From Perkinsela sp. CCAP 1560/9 (lineage: Eukaryota; Protista; Euglenozoa: Kinetoplastea), in assembly GCA_965644495.1 (NCBI GenBank), contig CBFFSA010000004.1, positions 1,054,001 through 1,118,000 of the forward strand: a stretch of 64,000 bases of DNA, read 5' to 3'. The notes beneath the pieces are model-generated. The model worked only from the letters and a program-made list of their open reading frames with translations, searched no databases and was not told the origin of the DNA. Shown here piece after piece: positions 9,910 to 19,157 of the stretch (the stretch's first letter is position 1; each line of letters opens with the position of its first letter). The position numbers were made by a program, and so were the translations under genes.

Positions 9910-12900
9910 CTAGCCGCCCCCTTTCCAGTCGGGTGATTCCCGGTTTAGCCAAATAACAAAGCTACTACGAATTGCTTCGCGTATGGCTTCAAGTTGGCAT
10001 TCCGTGGACAGCCCTTTGTCACTCCCAAAAAGGCGGGTTACCTGCCGAAGAGAGGAAGCCGGCAATCCTCTTACACCCACCTCCATACACAGCAGATGTG
10101 TGTTCGGGTGATCCATCCTGCGGCGATGCAATATATTCTGATATTTTTCCGTTTTGCGGCAATGTGCCTCCGCGATGTTGTCTTCCCAGGGTACGGTCAG
10201 TTCAACGATAAATTCAGTTCCATCGTGAAGCCTGACCAGGCCATCTGGACGCAGAGTGGTTTCTAGGTCTGCCCACCAACTTGGGAGGTTACGGAGGCCC
10301 TCGAGGTCGAATGAGGCCCAGGAGGTGTTGGGGGAGCCGACGATCGCGTTCGCAAGGACGCTCAACACTCTGTCATGTCGATACGTGTAGCGTCCTTGGT
10401 CTAAGGATGTCCTGCAACCTGAGAGCAGGTGCCTTAAGGTTTCGGGTGCTGAGTTGCAGATACGGCAGGACACACTATTTGCACCATTCTTCCCCCATGT
10501 TCTGAGCATGGTCCGGGTAGGAAGTGGGGCTTGGACCATCACATGTGTAGCGAATCTGCTCAGTGAAGTGCTCCTAAGGCCGTTAATGGCAGCTGCAAAA
10601 TCTTTCGCCTGATCTTCCTCCGTGTTCGTGTCCCACCACTGTATGGCAACCGTGGTGCGGCGTCGCAGAGCGTTAATCATACGCTCCTCGTTCAGGTCAA
10701 TGAGAGTTTTCCTGGCGCGAGATCGGTCGTTCAAGCAGTGCGTTATGTGAGTTGCGGGCCGTATTTGTCCTTTCAAGCGTCTCTCCTCTTCTTCCCGTAT
10801 TTTGTTCCGAAGCACAGCTGCGGCAGCCGGATCTTTGGATTTCTTTAACTGGCACATAAGGTCTGCAGTACATTCATGCCACAGTTGCGACAGGCTCCTC
10901 AGTCCCCATCCGCGCGATGAATAAATTGCTTCGGGACTAGAGCCACGCGCCACGTTAATCCAACGCCGCAGGAAGTTGGTAGAGAGTTTCTGGAGTCGGA
11001 GGACAAAGTTCATAGTGATGCACGGGTGGATCGTAAGCGAGAAGCGCAAGCGGGAGATAATGGCATGCTGATATATCCACAGTCGCGAAGGGAGGTCGTG
11101 GGCGCTCTTATCGATATTTCTGAGCCATGAATTAATGAGAGGACGTAGCTTCATGAACAGCGCACGGGACTGTTGTGCTCCAGGGGCGATGGTCATGCCC
11201 AGAAAGGTGCTACCTGCATCACAGATTTGGGGAATGGGAATGTGATTGACCAGAATTTGTGGACGGCGTGTCATGTAACCTGGGTGTTCATCGTCCGGTC
11301 GCACGGCCATGCATTGTACCCTACTCTTTTTCACGTTTATAGATAAACCTATTTTGCGGAGGATTGAGGATAGGGCTCCAAGTGCGATTTGTGACTCCTT
11401 CGGGTTGCTGGTGAGGACCGTGAGATCGTCAGCGTAGGCCTTTATAAAGCATTTCGCATTGCCTGGCAGATCGAGTCCGTACGCGGGAAAGTTAAGTGTC
11501 ATATAACGCAGTACTACTTCCATGACGATAAGGAATATAGACGGGGAGAGGGTGTCGCCTTGGAGTACCCCACGTTGCACAGGAATTGTAGAGGAGAGAC
11601 CTTCATAACACTTTATTTGCGTAGACGCTCCGTTATATAAACTACTGATGTACCCGAGGAGAGTCGGGGAGACCTTGGCCCATTGCATCGCCTCAAATAT
11701 AACATTGTGTGGGACTGAACCGAATGCGTTGGATAGGTCCAGTTGGGCTAAGCAGTATTGGAGCTTGTTCTTTCTGTAGTGCTGCAAGATTGCATCCAGC
11801 GTCTGAGTGTGTTCCAGTGTCCCGTTGATGGCCGGTAGGAAACCCTTTTGGATTGATGGATCAATTACTGCTGCCTCGACCAGATGGCGGTTTATTTTGC
11901 GACTTATGATCGAATGGAGAAGCTTAGCTAGAACACTGATGAGACTGATGGGGCGCCAGTTTTGGGGTTGATCGTGAGCTCCATTTTTATGAATTAGGCG
12001 GGTAACAGAGCATTTCCAGGAAGGTGGGCAAGTGCGATACTTGAGCAACGCGTTGAAGACTGTAGCGATGTGTGAGTGTACGCTGTGACACCGTTTTAGG
12101 ATGGTATATGTGATGGTGTCTTGACCTGGGGCACTACTATTCCTTTTCGAGATTAGAGCGTCGGATATTTCGGTCGGGGTCAGCTCTTCCCATGACATGT
12201 CGACAAGAGGACGGGTCCCAAGCGAGTCAGACGGAGGAATGTGGTATTCCTCTGAAGGAGCAGAAAGTGTATCACCAAAGTGCTTTTCCACGCTGTGCAC
12301 ATCGCATGTAGGATAGGAGGCTGGGGCTTCAAGACCGATAGGTTTGTCCAATGTTTCGCTAGCGGCGGTCCATGGGTTTCTGTTAAAGCGTTTCAGTGCC
12401 CGGCGTTGTTCGAGTGTTTGCCGCTGTGCGGTGGCCTCCGCATGATAAACCCTTTCACCTTTTTTGGTTTCCTTGATCGTTCGTTTTAAGGCGTTCCTGT
12501 CTGCCTTTCCATGTGTATAGCGTAGTTTTGTCTGCAGTTCTTTTAGGTGCCGGGAGAAGGACGAGGCTATTTTTTCGCTTTCCAAGGGTCTGCATCGGGT
12601 CTTTGCGTGACCTTTCTTTGTGCGGATTAAAAAGCCTTTCGTGGGATTCACGTCGCGAGCAACCTCGTAGGTAGAGACAGATAGTATGGAGCTCAGGAGT
12701 TCGGCGTTCCTAACGGCGGAATCTATGTCTTGTTCAGGAGTGAGTAATGCACTACACCTTTTGAGAGCCTTGGTCTCAACGTCGTGCCACTGTGCGTCCG
12801 TTAAGTTGATACATATCTTTCCCCCTTGGATGTACCTGGCTGTTCGGAGTAGGTAATCGAGATCCTGTTCTTTATACTCCTGCAGGTCTGGTGGAACCGC

Positions 12901-15390
12901 CGAGCGAGGTACTTTGGATTCCTGGGCAGAGCTGGTCTCGGCGGCAGTGGAACCTGCAGTTGGAGGAGCAGCGGGACCGAAGACTTTACAGCAACGATGA
13001 GCACACCCGAGTTTGTCGCGGCAGGTGTGGCGGCAGGGTTGTGCAAAGGATTGCAAAGAGGGTACACGACTGGGTGGGTCTGCTATGCGATATGCTGGAA
13101 GCTCCGGAATAGCTTCTAAGACCGGCGGAGTTTCGTCGATGGGTGTGTGTCGATGTAGGGTTATCACATAATCTGCAAGCCCGGGAATTTCGGAGCCGTT
13201 TAGTCTCTTAAGAACGGCTTTACTGAGAGTACCCGGAGAGGAATAGTAATCTGAAAGTTTTAGGACTGCATCCTGGTACAGAGATACCCAACTGGAGTGG
13301 CGCGAAGACTTGTCCGGGCTTCCGACTTTGTGAATTGTAATGAAATCGCACGCCCCATGGTCCATCAGTTCTTCTACGGAACATCCTCTTACTATGATGT
13401 CGTGCGTGGGGTTGCCAGAGTTCAGCGCCTTCGAAATGGCTGCCTGCGCTCCCTGCAGGGAGCTAATCCTGCTGCGTGTGATTTGACTTTCGCAGGCAGC
13501 TCGTACGTCCGGAAAATATAACCATTCTTGGGCACTTGCTAGGCGAAGTTTCAGAGGCTTTGATCGGGATTGTATAAAATGTAGGCATTGTTTCCCTTTC
13601 TCTGTCGAGCGACGTCTTTCTACAGGGACCCCCGAATTCCCAGAAGGCACGTCGTGAGGGACCTTCTCGAATACCCATTCCGGAACTTCGTCGTCCGCAG
13701 TGCAGAGAGGGAACGGTGGTTCTGTCAAGAGTCCTTCTGAGTCGTCGGTATGGTGGGGTGACTTTATACGATTAATAAGTAGTTTCTCTACGCCGCGGCG
13801 TGTGGGACTAGGCGTGAACGAGACGTTCCAGGACTCCGGCACTATCGAAAGATTCTGTGGCGGCGATAAAGGGGCAGGGAGGTACGGGACTTTCTCTGCT
13901 TTGGAGTTGTCGGAAGTGTCCACCCCTGCGTCGTGCTCGGGCGTGCTGCTGGGATGGTCGCGATATGGTTCATCAGTTATCCGGTCTGGGGGGTGCTTTT
14001 CGGTATCAGAGGAAGAGATACGTGCGGGTGACGATGTTGTGATGCCAGGGGTAAGCCCTCTTTTGCAGCAAAGGTGGCCACACGTGGTTTTGTCCTTACA
14101 GGGATGTTTACATGGTAGATTGTATGGGTTCTGAGGCTCTGGTTCGGGCTGTCGAGCGCTGAGGCGCAATGTCGGTCCTTCCTGCAGCTTTTCTATAGCG
14201 AATTCGGGAGGTTCTCGCTTGGGAGATAGTTGGGACCCTCGGTTTACGGTCTTGGGAGTCATCTTTCTGAGAGGCGGTGGTTTCGCTCGTGCTTCCGTGG
14301 GAGGGATGCCAAGGAGGCCTTTACATAATTCATACGCAAGATTGATAGCTGTTGAGGAGATAGTATGTTGTTTTCCTTCCGGAGGAGAAGAAGGGGATTT
14401 CCGAAAGGTGGGCACCTTACTTGCTTCACGCTGATCAGCTCTGTTGGCATGCGTTGTAGCAGGGTTGTCGCTGTTTGATCTGGCGATTCCTGGGGCAATC
14501 AATTTTCTCTTCGCCGACATTTCTCCCTCGACGTGTTTCCTTGAGCGTTCGTAGTGGTTGGAGCCCTCGCTTGTGGATCTGCCGCTGGGTGAAAACACTT
14601 CCGTGTTCGAGGAGTTCTGCGCAGTTTGGGGTTTGTCCGCACATTGAAATATGGGCTTGGTCAAGTGGCGCAGTACTTTCACCATAAAGCCCCCAGAGTC
14701 TCCTGCCAGATTTTGACTCCCATTGTCGCGCGTACTGCTTTGTGGATCTAGTCTAGGTGCACTACCGGCGCTCGTACAAGTGGTGTGGAGGTGACGTTTA
14801 CAACAGGGGTGCCCGCAGTTCGCCTTATCCTTGCAGATATGTTTGCACGGGGCGATAGGTTCAGGTACATCCTTTACTACTTCAGATGATGGGGCTTCAG
14901 AGGACATTGTGTTTGTTTCCGTCCTCCTCGTTACATCGGGAACAGTATTCCCTTGGGATACATGTGTGGTACTATCTTCGGGAACACAGGTAGGAAGAAG
15001 ATGTCGTTTACAACATGGGTGGCCGCACAGACTCTTGTCTTTGCAGGGATGCTTGCATTGTGAAATGTTAAGGGGCTGAGTGGACGGCGGATTCGGCGCA
15101 GTCTTGCAGCAGGGATGGCCGCATTTTGTTTTCTCCTTACAAGTATGTTTACATCGCCGGGTCGTATTTATTGCGGTTTCCTTCTTTTCAGTGTTTGTTT
15201 TCAGTGAACCTCTCATAGGAGCTTTGGAGCTGACTCGGTAGGAGTTTGCATGTTGAGCTGCATGTTCCTTGGCCTTGCGTTCAGCACCTGTCAGAGAGGT
15301 GGCGGATCGGCTAGTTACGTTGCCTAGTCTCTTATGAGAGTCCTGCAACGCCTGTGAGATTTCCCCACTTCTGGCATGTGGCGAGGTCAT
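9910..15390 (-). CDS. Retrotransposon polyprotein: 5 Cys/His repeats + reverse transcriptase + CCHC knuckle + restriction-like endonuclease
   Basis: RT motifs NWRPISL, QKGF, LDLSNAFGSVPH, GVLQGDTLSP and YADD. Then CRIC..ETLRHLLSGC, QGRYTYRHDRVL, LRPDG, IVELTVPWE, RKTEKY and EVGVRG. Confidence 0.96.
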   Translation of the reverse strand: MTSPHARSGEISQALQDSHKRLGNVTSRSATSLTGAERKAKEHAAQHANSYRVSSKAPMRGSLKTNTEKKETAINTTRRCKHTCKEKTKCGHPCCKTAPNPPSTQPLNISQCKHPCKDKSLCGHPCCKRHLLPTCVPEDSTTHVSQGNTVPDVTRRTETNTMSSEAPSSEVVKDVPEPIAPCKHICKDKANCGHPCCKRHLHTTCTSAGSAPRLDPQSSTRDNGSQNLAGDSGGFMVKVLRHLTKPIFQCADKPQTAQNSSNTEVFSPSGRSTSEGSNHYERSRKHVEGEMSAKRKLIAPGIARSNSDNPATTHANRADQREASKVPTFRKSPSSPPEGKQHTISSTAINLAYELCKGLLGIPPTEARAKPPPLRKMTPKTVNRGSQLSPKREPPEFAIEKLQEGPTLRLSARQPEPEPQNPYNLPCKHPCKDKTTCGHLCCKRGLTPGITTSSPARISSSDTEKHPPDRITDEPYRDHPSSTPEHDAGVDTSDNSKAEKVPYLPAPLSPPQNLSIVPESWNVSFTPSPTRRGVEKLLINRIKSPHHTDDSEGLLTEPPFPLCTADDEVPEWVFEKVPHDVPSGNSGVPVERRRSTEKGKQCLHFIQSRSKPLKLRLASAQEWLYFPDVRAACESQITRSRISSLQGAQAAISKALNSGNPTHDIIVRGCSVEELMDHGACDFITIHKVGSPDKSSRHSSWVSLYQDAVLKLSDYYSSPGTLSKAVLKRLNGSEIPGLADYVITLHRHTPIDETPPVLEAIPELPAYRIADPPSRVPSLQSFAQPCRHTCRDKLGCAHRCCKVFGPAAPPTAGSTAAETSSAQESKVPRSAVPPDLQEYKEQDLDYLLRTARYIQGGKICINLTDAQWHDVETKALKRCSALLTPEQDIDSAVRNAELLSSILSVSTYEVARDVNPTKGFLIRTKKGHAKTRCRPLESEKIASSFSRHLKELQTKLRYTHGKADRNALKRTIKETKKGERVYHAEATAQRQTLEQRRALKRFNRNPWTAASETLDKPIGLEAPASYPTCDVHSVEKHFGDTLSAPSEEYHIPPSDSLGTRPLVDMSWEELTPTEISDALISKRNSSAPGQDTITYTILKRCHSVHSHIATVFNALLKYRTCPPSWKCSVTRLIHKNGAHDQPQNWRPISLISVLAKLLHSIISRKINRHLVEAAVIDPSIQKGFLPAINGTLEHTQTLDAILQHYRKNKLQYCLAQLDLSNAFGSVPHNVIFEAMQWAKVSPTLLGYISSLYNGASTQIKCYEGLSSTIPVQRGVLQGDTLSPSIFLIVMEVVLRYMTLNFPAYGLDLPGNAKCFIKAYADDLTVLTSNPKESQIALGALSSILRKIGLSINVKKSRVQCMAVRPDDEHPGYMTRRPQILVNHIPIPQICDAGSTFLGMTIAPGAQQSRALFMKLRPLINSWLRNIDKSAHDLPSRLWIYQHAIISRLRFSLTIHPCITMNFVLRLQKLSTNFLRRWINVARGSSPEAIYSSRGWGLRSLSQLWHECTADLMCQLKKSKDPAAAAVLRNKIREEEERRLKGQIRPATHITHCLNDRSRARKTLIDLNEERMINALRRRTTVAIQWWDTNTEEDQAKDFAAAINGLRSTSLSRFATHVMVQAPLPTRTMLRTWGKNGANSVSCRICNSAPETLRHLLSGCRTSLDQGRYTYRHDRVLSVLANAIVGSPNTSWASFDLEGLRNLPSWWADLETTLRPDGLVRLHDGTEFIVELTVPWEDNIAEAHCRKTEKYQNILHRRRMDHPNTHLLCMEVGVRGLPASSLRQVTRLFGSDKGLSTECQLEAIREAIRSSFVIWLNRESPDWKGGG

Positions 15391-15422
15391 GAAGGGTCGT
15401 AAAAGTAGGGGAAAATAAAAGT

Positions 15423-15446
15423 CAACAAGGTACAGAAACTATATCG
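15423..15446 (-). other. Spliced-leader (mini-exon)-like sequence at the retroelement 5' end
   Basis: Minus strand reads CGATATAGTTTCTGTACCTTGTTG. The 3' 18 nt match the conserved kinetoplastid SL core AGTTTCTGTACTTTATTG at 16/18. It is not followed by a GT donor. Confidence 0.7.
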
Positions 15447-15501
15447 CTGCTAGATGTGGATGGTAAAAGGCTATGTTACGATCTTTCTATAAAACATGAT
15501 A

Positions 15502-15530
15502 CTCCCCCTCTCATTAATAATTATAGACCT
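15502..15530. repeat. Solo TIR of the MITE family seen at 48059-48328
   Basis: TA|CTCCCCCTCTCATTAATAAT matches TA|CACCCCCTTTCATTAATAAT. Confidence 0.55.
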
Positions 15531-15706
15531 AAAAATCATTAAAGGGATCGTTTATAGAAATTTAATGAAACAATAATTCTGAGTCTCACTTTTATAATTA
15601 AAAACCTTAAATTCTTCATTTTTGTACTTATTAAAGCTTCCGCGAACCCTGTTTCATATCTCTAGTACCTCTATCACAATATTTTTTACAGCATAAATTT
15701 TGTGTC

Positions 15707-17740
15707 ATGTTTCCTGAGGTACGAAGTTTAACTCAGGTCGCGAAGTTGTTCCCGAACACAGTGGAAGGAATAAAAAAGATTGCGACGACGGCTCAAACCG
15801 AGGCACTGCAATGTATTCGTTCCATTGTGGGCACGAACTCCACAACATGGGATTCCGTAATATCGCAACAAGATCGTTCCCTGGCTTCTTTTGCCGTGAC
15901 ACAAAATATTCTTGGAGTGATTAAAGAAACCTCACCGAATGCCGAGATTCGCGAGTCGGCACGAAGCTACTACCTTGAACTTGAGAACTTCGGAATCGAG
16001 CAGTTTCAATGTAATCGAAAGCTATATCAAAAATTTAATGAGTGCGCGAAGTCATGCGTCGCAGAATATAGTACGAACGCATGTCGCTCGTACTACGTAC
16101 AGGAGACAGCATCTGTCTATCGTCGGTTGGGCTTGGAATTGCCCGAGGAACAGTTTGAAAAGGTGCTCGAGGTTCAACGCAAAATATCACAACTGCGAAC
16201 CGATTTCCAGAAACAGATTGCTGAAGATACCCGAAAAATTGTTGTATCCGTAGATGAGCTCCGAGGTGTACCTTTAGACACGATACAAACGTTGAAGATG
16301 GATTCCGAGAACAGAGATTCTTACCTTGTAGGTACCGATTATCCAACGTATTTTTCCATCATGCGAAACTGTCAAGTGGAATCTACGCGGCAAAGTCTTG
16401 CAGAGGCCTTTGACAGCAGAGCCTTCCCAGCGAACGAGAAAATCCTCGCAGAGCTGATTCACTGCAGACACGTCCTGGCACAACTTGTTGGCTACGAAAG
16501 TTACGCCTCCCTTGATTTGGAAGACAAAATGGTGGGGTCTCCGACTGCCGCACAGGATTTCCTGCAAGAGTTAATCCCACCTCTCCGCAAAAAATGGAGC
16601 AAAGAATATGAAATTCTTAAAGACAATCTCCCGGGCGGCGTTACCCTCTCCTCGGAGGGTCGCATAAAATCGTGGGATCTGATGTACGTGATTCATCAAT
16701 ACAAGACGAAGCACTTGCAGGTGGACGAAAATCTACTGAAGGAGTACTTCCCCCTGTCGGTCACGGTGGACGGGTTGTTCCACGTGCTCAGCTCATTTCT
16801 AGATTTGCACTTGGAAAAAGTTCACGACGTCGAGTTCTGGGATCCCCAAGTTTTTGCGCTTCGCGTCACCTCTCGTGCCTCAGGAAATCTCGTTGGTCAC
16901 ATCGTGTTGGACTTATTTCCCCGGGAGGGGAAATACTCCCACGCATGCTGTTGTGGGATTGTCCCAAGTGTGAACGATGGTGAGTCTTTCACCCCCGCTG
17001 TAGCGGTGGTGTTAGCCAACTTTCCTGTAGCTGTGGGCGATACTCCAGCACTGTTCACGCACAATGATGTTGTAACCTTCTTTCACGAGATGGGGCATGC
17101 GTTCCACATGTTACTTGGGCGTAGCGAGATGTGTACGATGGCAGGGTATAACGTAAAAACTGATTTCGTCGAAATGCCGTCACAAATTTTGGAATACTGG
17201 ATGTGGGAATCGTCCATTTTGCGAGAAATCTCAAGTCATTACAGGACGAAAGAGCCCTTGCCAGATGCACTGATTCAGGCTAAAATTGATGCTCGGAATT
17301 TTTTCGCTGGGAGGGATACGTTACGACAAATTATCTTTGCTACTCTTTCGTTACGTCTCTACAACGCCCAGTTTGCCGCACAAGACGTCAGCATGATGCA
17401 ACCCGAGAAGGAGATGAAAAAACTCACCGAAGAACTCCTACCCGGCATTGAAACACTCCCGAATTCTCACTTCACTTGCAGCTTTGGTCATCTTGAGGGT
17501 TACGGCGCTGCGTACTATGGATATTTGTATGCAGAAGTGTTTGCCGCTGATGTCTTTCATTCTCTGCACGAACGAAAAGGTCTTCTTAGTCCTGTTGAAG
17601 GTAAAAACTATGTAAAAGCCATCATCGGAGTCGGAGGTTCCTCACACCCCAGCATTATGTTACGACGCTATTTAGGTCGGGATCCCAACAGTGCAGCTTT
17701 TTGGAAGAAAATTGGAGTCACTCAGCCAAAAAATGAATGA
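15707..17740 (+). CDS. Peptidase M3A (thimet oligopeptidase/neurolysin-like)
   Basis: LDLFPREGKYSHA, TFFHEMGHAFH (HEXXH), DFVEMPSQILEYW and GYGAAYYGYLYAEV. Confidence 0.95.
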   Translation: MFPEVRSLTQVAKLFPNTVEGIKKIATTAQTEALQCIRSIVGTNSTTWDSVISQQDRSLASFAVTQNILGVIKETSPNAEIRESARSYYLELENFGIEQFQCNRKLYQKFNECAKSCVAEYSTNACRSYYVQETASVYRRLGLELPEEQFEKVLEVQRKISQLRTDFQKQIAEDTRKIVVSVDELRGVPLDTIQTLKMDSENRDSYLVGTDYPTYFSIMRNCQVESTRQSLAEAFDSRAFPANEKILAELIHCRHVLAQLVGYESYASLDLEDKMVGSPTAAQDFLQELIPPLRKKWSKEYEILKDNLPGGVTLSSEGRIKSWDLMYVIHQYKTKHLQVDENLLKEYFPLSVTVDGLFHVLSSFLDLHLEKVHDVEFWDPQVFALRVTSRASGNLVGHIVLDLFPREGKYSHACCCGIVPSVNDGESFTPAVAVVLANFPVAVGDTPALFTHNDVVTFFHEMGHAFHMLLGRSEMCTMAGYNVKTDFVEMPSQILEYWMWESSILREISSHYRTKEPLPDALIQAKIDARNFFAGRDTLRQIIFATLSLRLYNAQFAAQDVSMMQPEKEMKKLTEELLPGIETLPNSHFTCSFGHLEGYGAAYYGYLYAEVFAADVFHSLHERKGLLSPVEGKNYVKAIIGVGGSSHPSIMLRRYLGRDPNSAAFWKKIGVTQPKNE

Positions 17741-18208
17741 AAGCGGAAGGCACTCTGCACTCAATCAATGATATTATGGAAGGACGCGTCCTCTGGTTAC
17801 TTTATTCCCTGTTGTAAATCGTGTAGGGTAAATGGTTGCCTTGAGGCCGTGATGTTCACCTACTCTTGTTTTTTTTAATCTTCATTGGCCTCTGTGGTGT
17901 CCTAAAAATCAATGAAATGAATTTAGTGGTTAAGCGAACTTGTCTACACACCTGTTTGTAGAATGGCGTGCAAATTTTTGCCTTATTTTTGATTCTTTCT
18001 GAATCTACATTCCAGGTCCCGAAAGATACTCGAACATACATTTCTAATTTTATGAGCCCGTTTTGTGAACCATATTTCAAACTTGATCATGTTATTTTCC
18101 ATTTTTTTTTAGCTAAGCTAATTTTCTATTCTATTCTATTCTTCGGATCGATACAGCGAACTCGACGATAAACGAACCCGCAACCTATCTTGATCATCAT
18201 CGATATTT

Positions 18209-18634
18209 ATGATCTCCCCCTCCGCTTATCTCTATGGTGAAACTGCTGCTGTTGTGGAGAATTCCGGAAGGCCACACACCGCTCGCGCGTCACTCACACC
18301 CAAAGGGGGACCTCTCACCGGCTTCCGCATGTGTGCCACATCCCACAAGGAGATGAATTACCGAAAGGAGCGTCTGGGCTGGAAGGCGTACAACTATACC
18401 GACCCGTTCCTACCATTCCAGTCCAAACGGCCGAGCAGGCATGTGGAGACGATCCATCCTGGCTCATGGTTTGGCGCTGGACATTATAACATTCGAAAGT
18501 CGTATTGGGTAATGTACTCGTGGTTACCCATGACAGGGATTATAGGCGGGGGTCTAGGTTACGCGGTCTACATGACGAAGATGATGCGAAATGGGTGGGT
18601 TTTGAAGAATCAAGGCGCTGTGGTGGGAGATTGA
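18209..18634 (+). CDS. Hypothetical small membrane protein (one C-terminal TM segment)
   Basis: 141-aa ORF with ATG, on the same strand as the cluster, coding-like composition, hydrophobic WLPMTGIIGGGLGYAVYM. Confidence 0.7.
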   Translation: MISPSAYLYGETAAVVENSGRPHTARASLTPKGGPLTGFRMCATSHKEMNYRKERLGWKAYNYTDPFLPFQSKRPSRHVETIHPGSWFGAGHYNIRKSYWVMYSWLPMTGIIGGGLGYAVYMTKMMRNGWVLKNQGAVVGD

Positions 18635-19157
18635 AAGCCTTATGTGTACAAATAATGTAAAAATGACTACTATTATTCTCGTACGTTCGTGAATACCGAT
18701 CGTACGTGTACAATGAACGATATACCAGGTATTTCGTTTATTCTATGTTGCTGATTACGCGCAGAACTAGCTTGTGTGAATATGCTGTGATCCCATTAAC
18801 TTCGTATAACTCCCTAAAACTCTTTTTATCGTACCTTTTGTTGCCCACCATTTCTTATTCTTACAATGCAAAATTCAAGTAAAACCTACTATGAAAAGCA
18901 CATCTTAAAAAATTGAGAAAAATTGATTTGTTTGCGTCTGATTGTGCTCCTTAAACTAAACAACACGAAATAGAAAGTCCGTAAATGTGGCCTCTTCTAT
19001 ATCTGCCATATCTTTTTCATTTTATGCACTTTTCAGATTTTATGCACTTTTTATCTGCTTTCCTGTTGAAAGCGAATGAAACTATTTGGACCAGAGCCTC
19101 ATCCTAAGAAGCCACCGAGTTAATTTGCGAAAGAAAAGTCGACACTCCTACGCACCG

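Larger units (their letters stand above)
9811..15460 (-). mobile_element. Non-LTR retrotransposon, RLE type (HERO-like), apparently full length
   Basis: Single 1826-aa ORF. The ~100-nt 3' UTR has stem-loops and AATAAA (9814-9819). An SL-like 5' sequence lies at 15423-15446. Boundaries are approximate and no TSD was found. Confidence 0.9.

Noticed and set aside
15423-15461. Functional SL RNA gene
   Set aside because: No GT donor, intron or Sm site follows, there is no AACTAA-type 5' end, and there is no tandem array. Treated as an SL-like relic instead.
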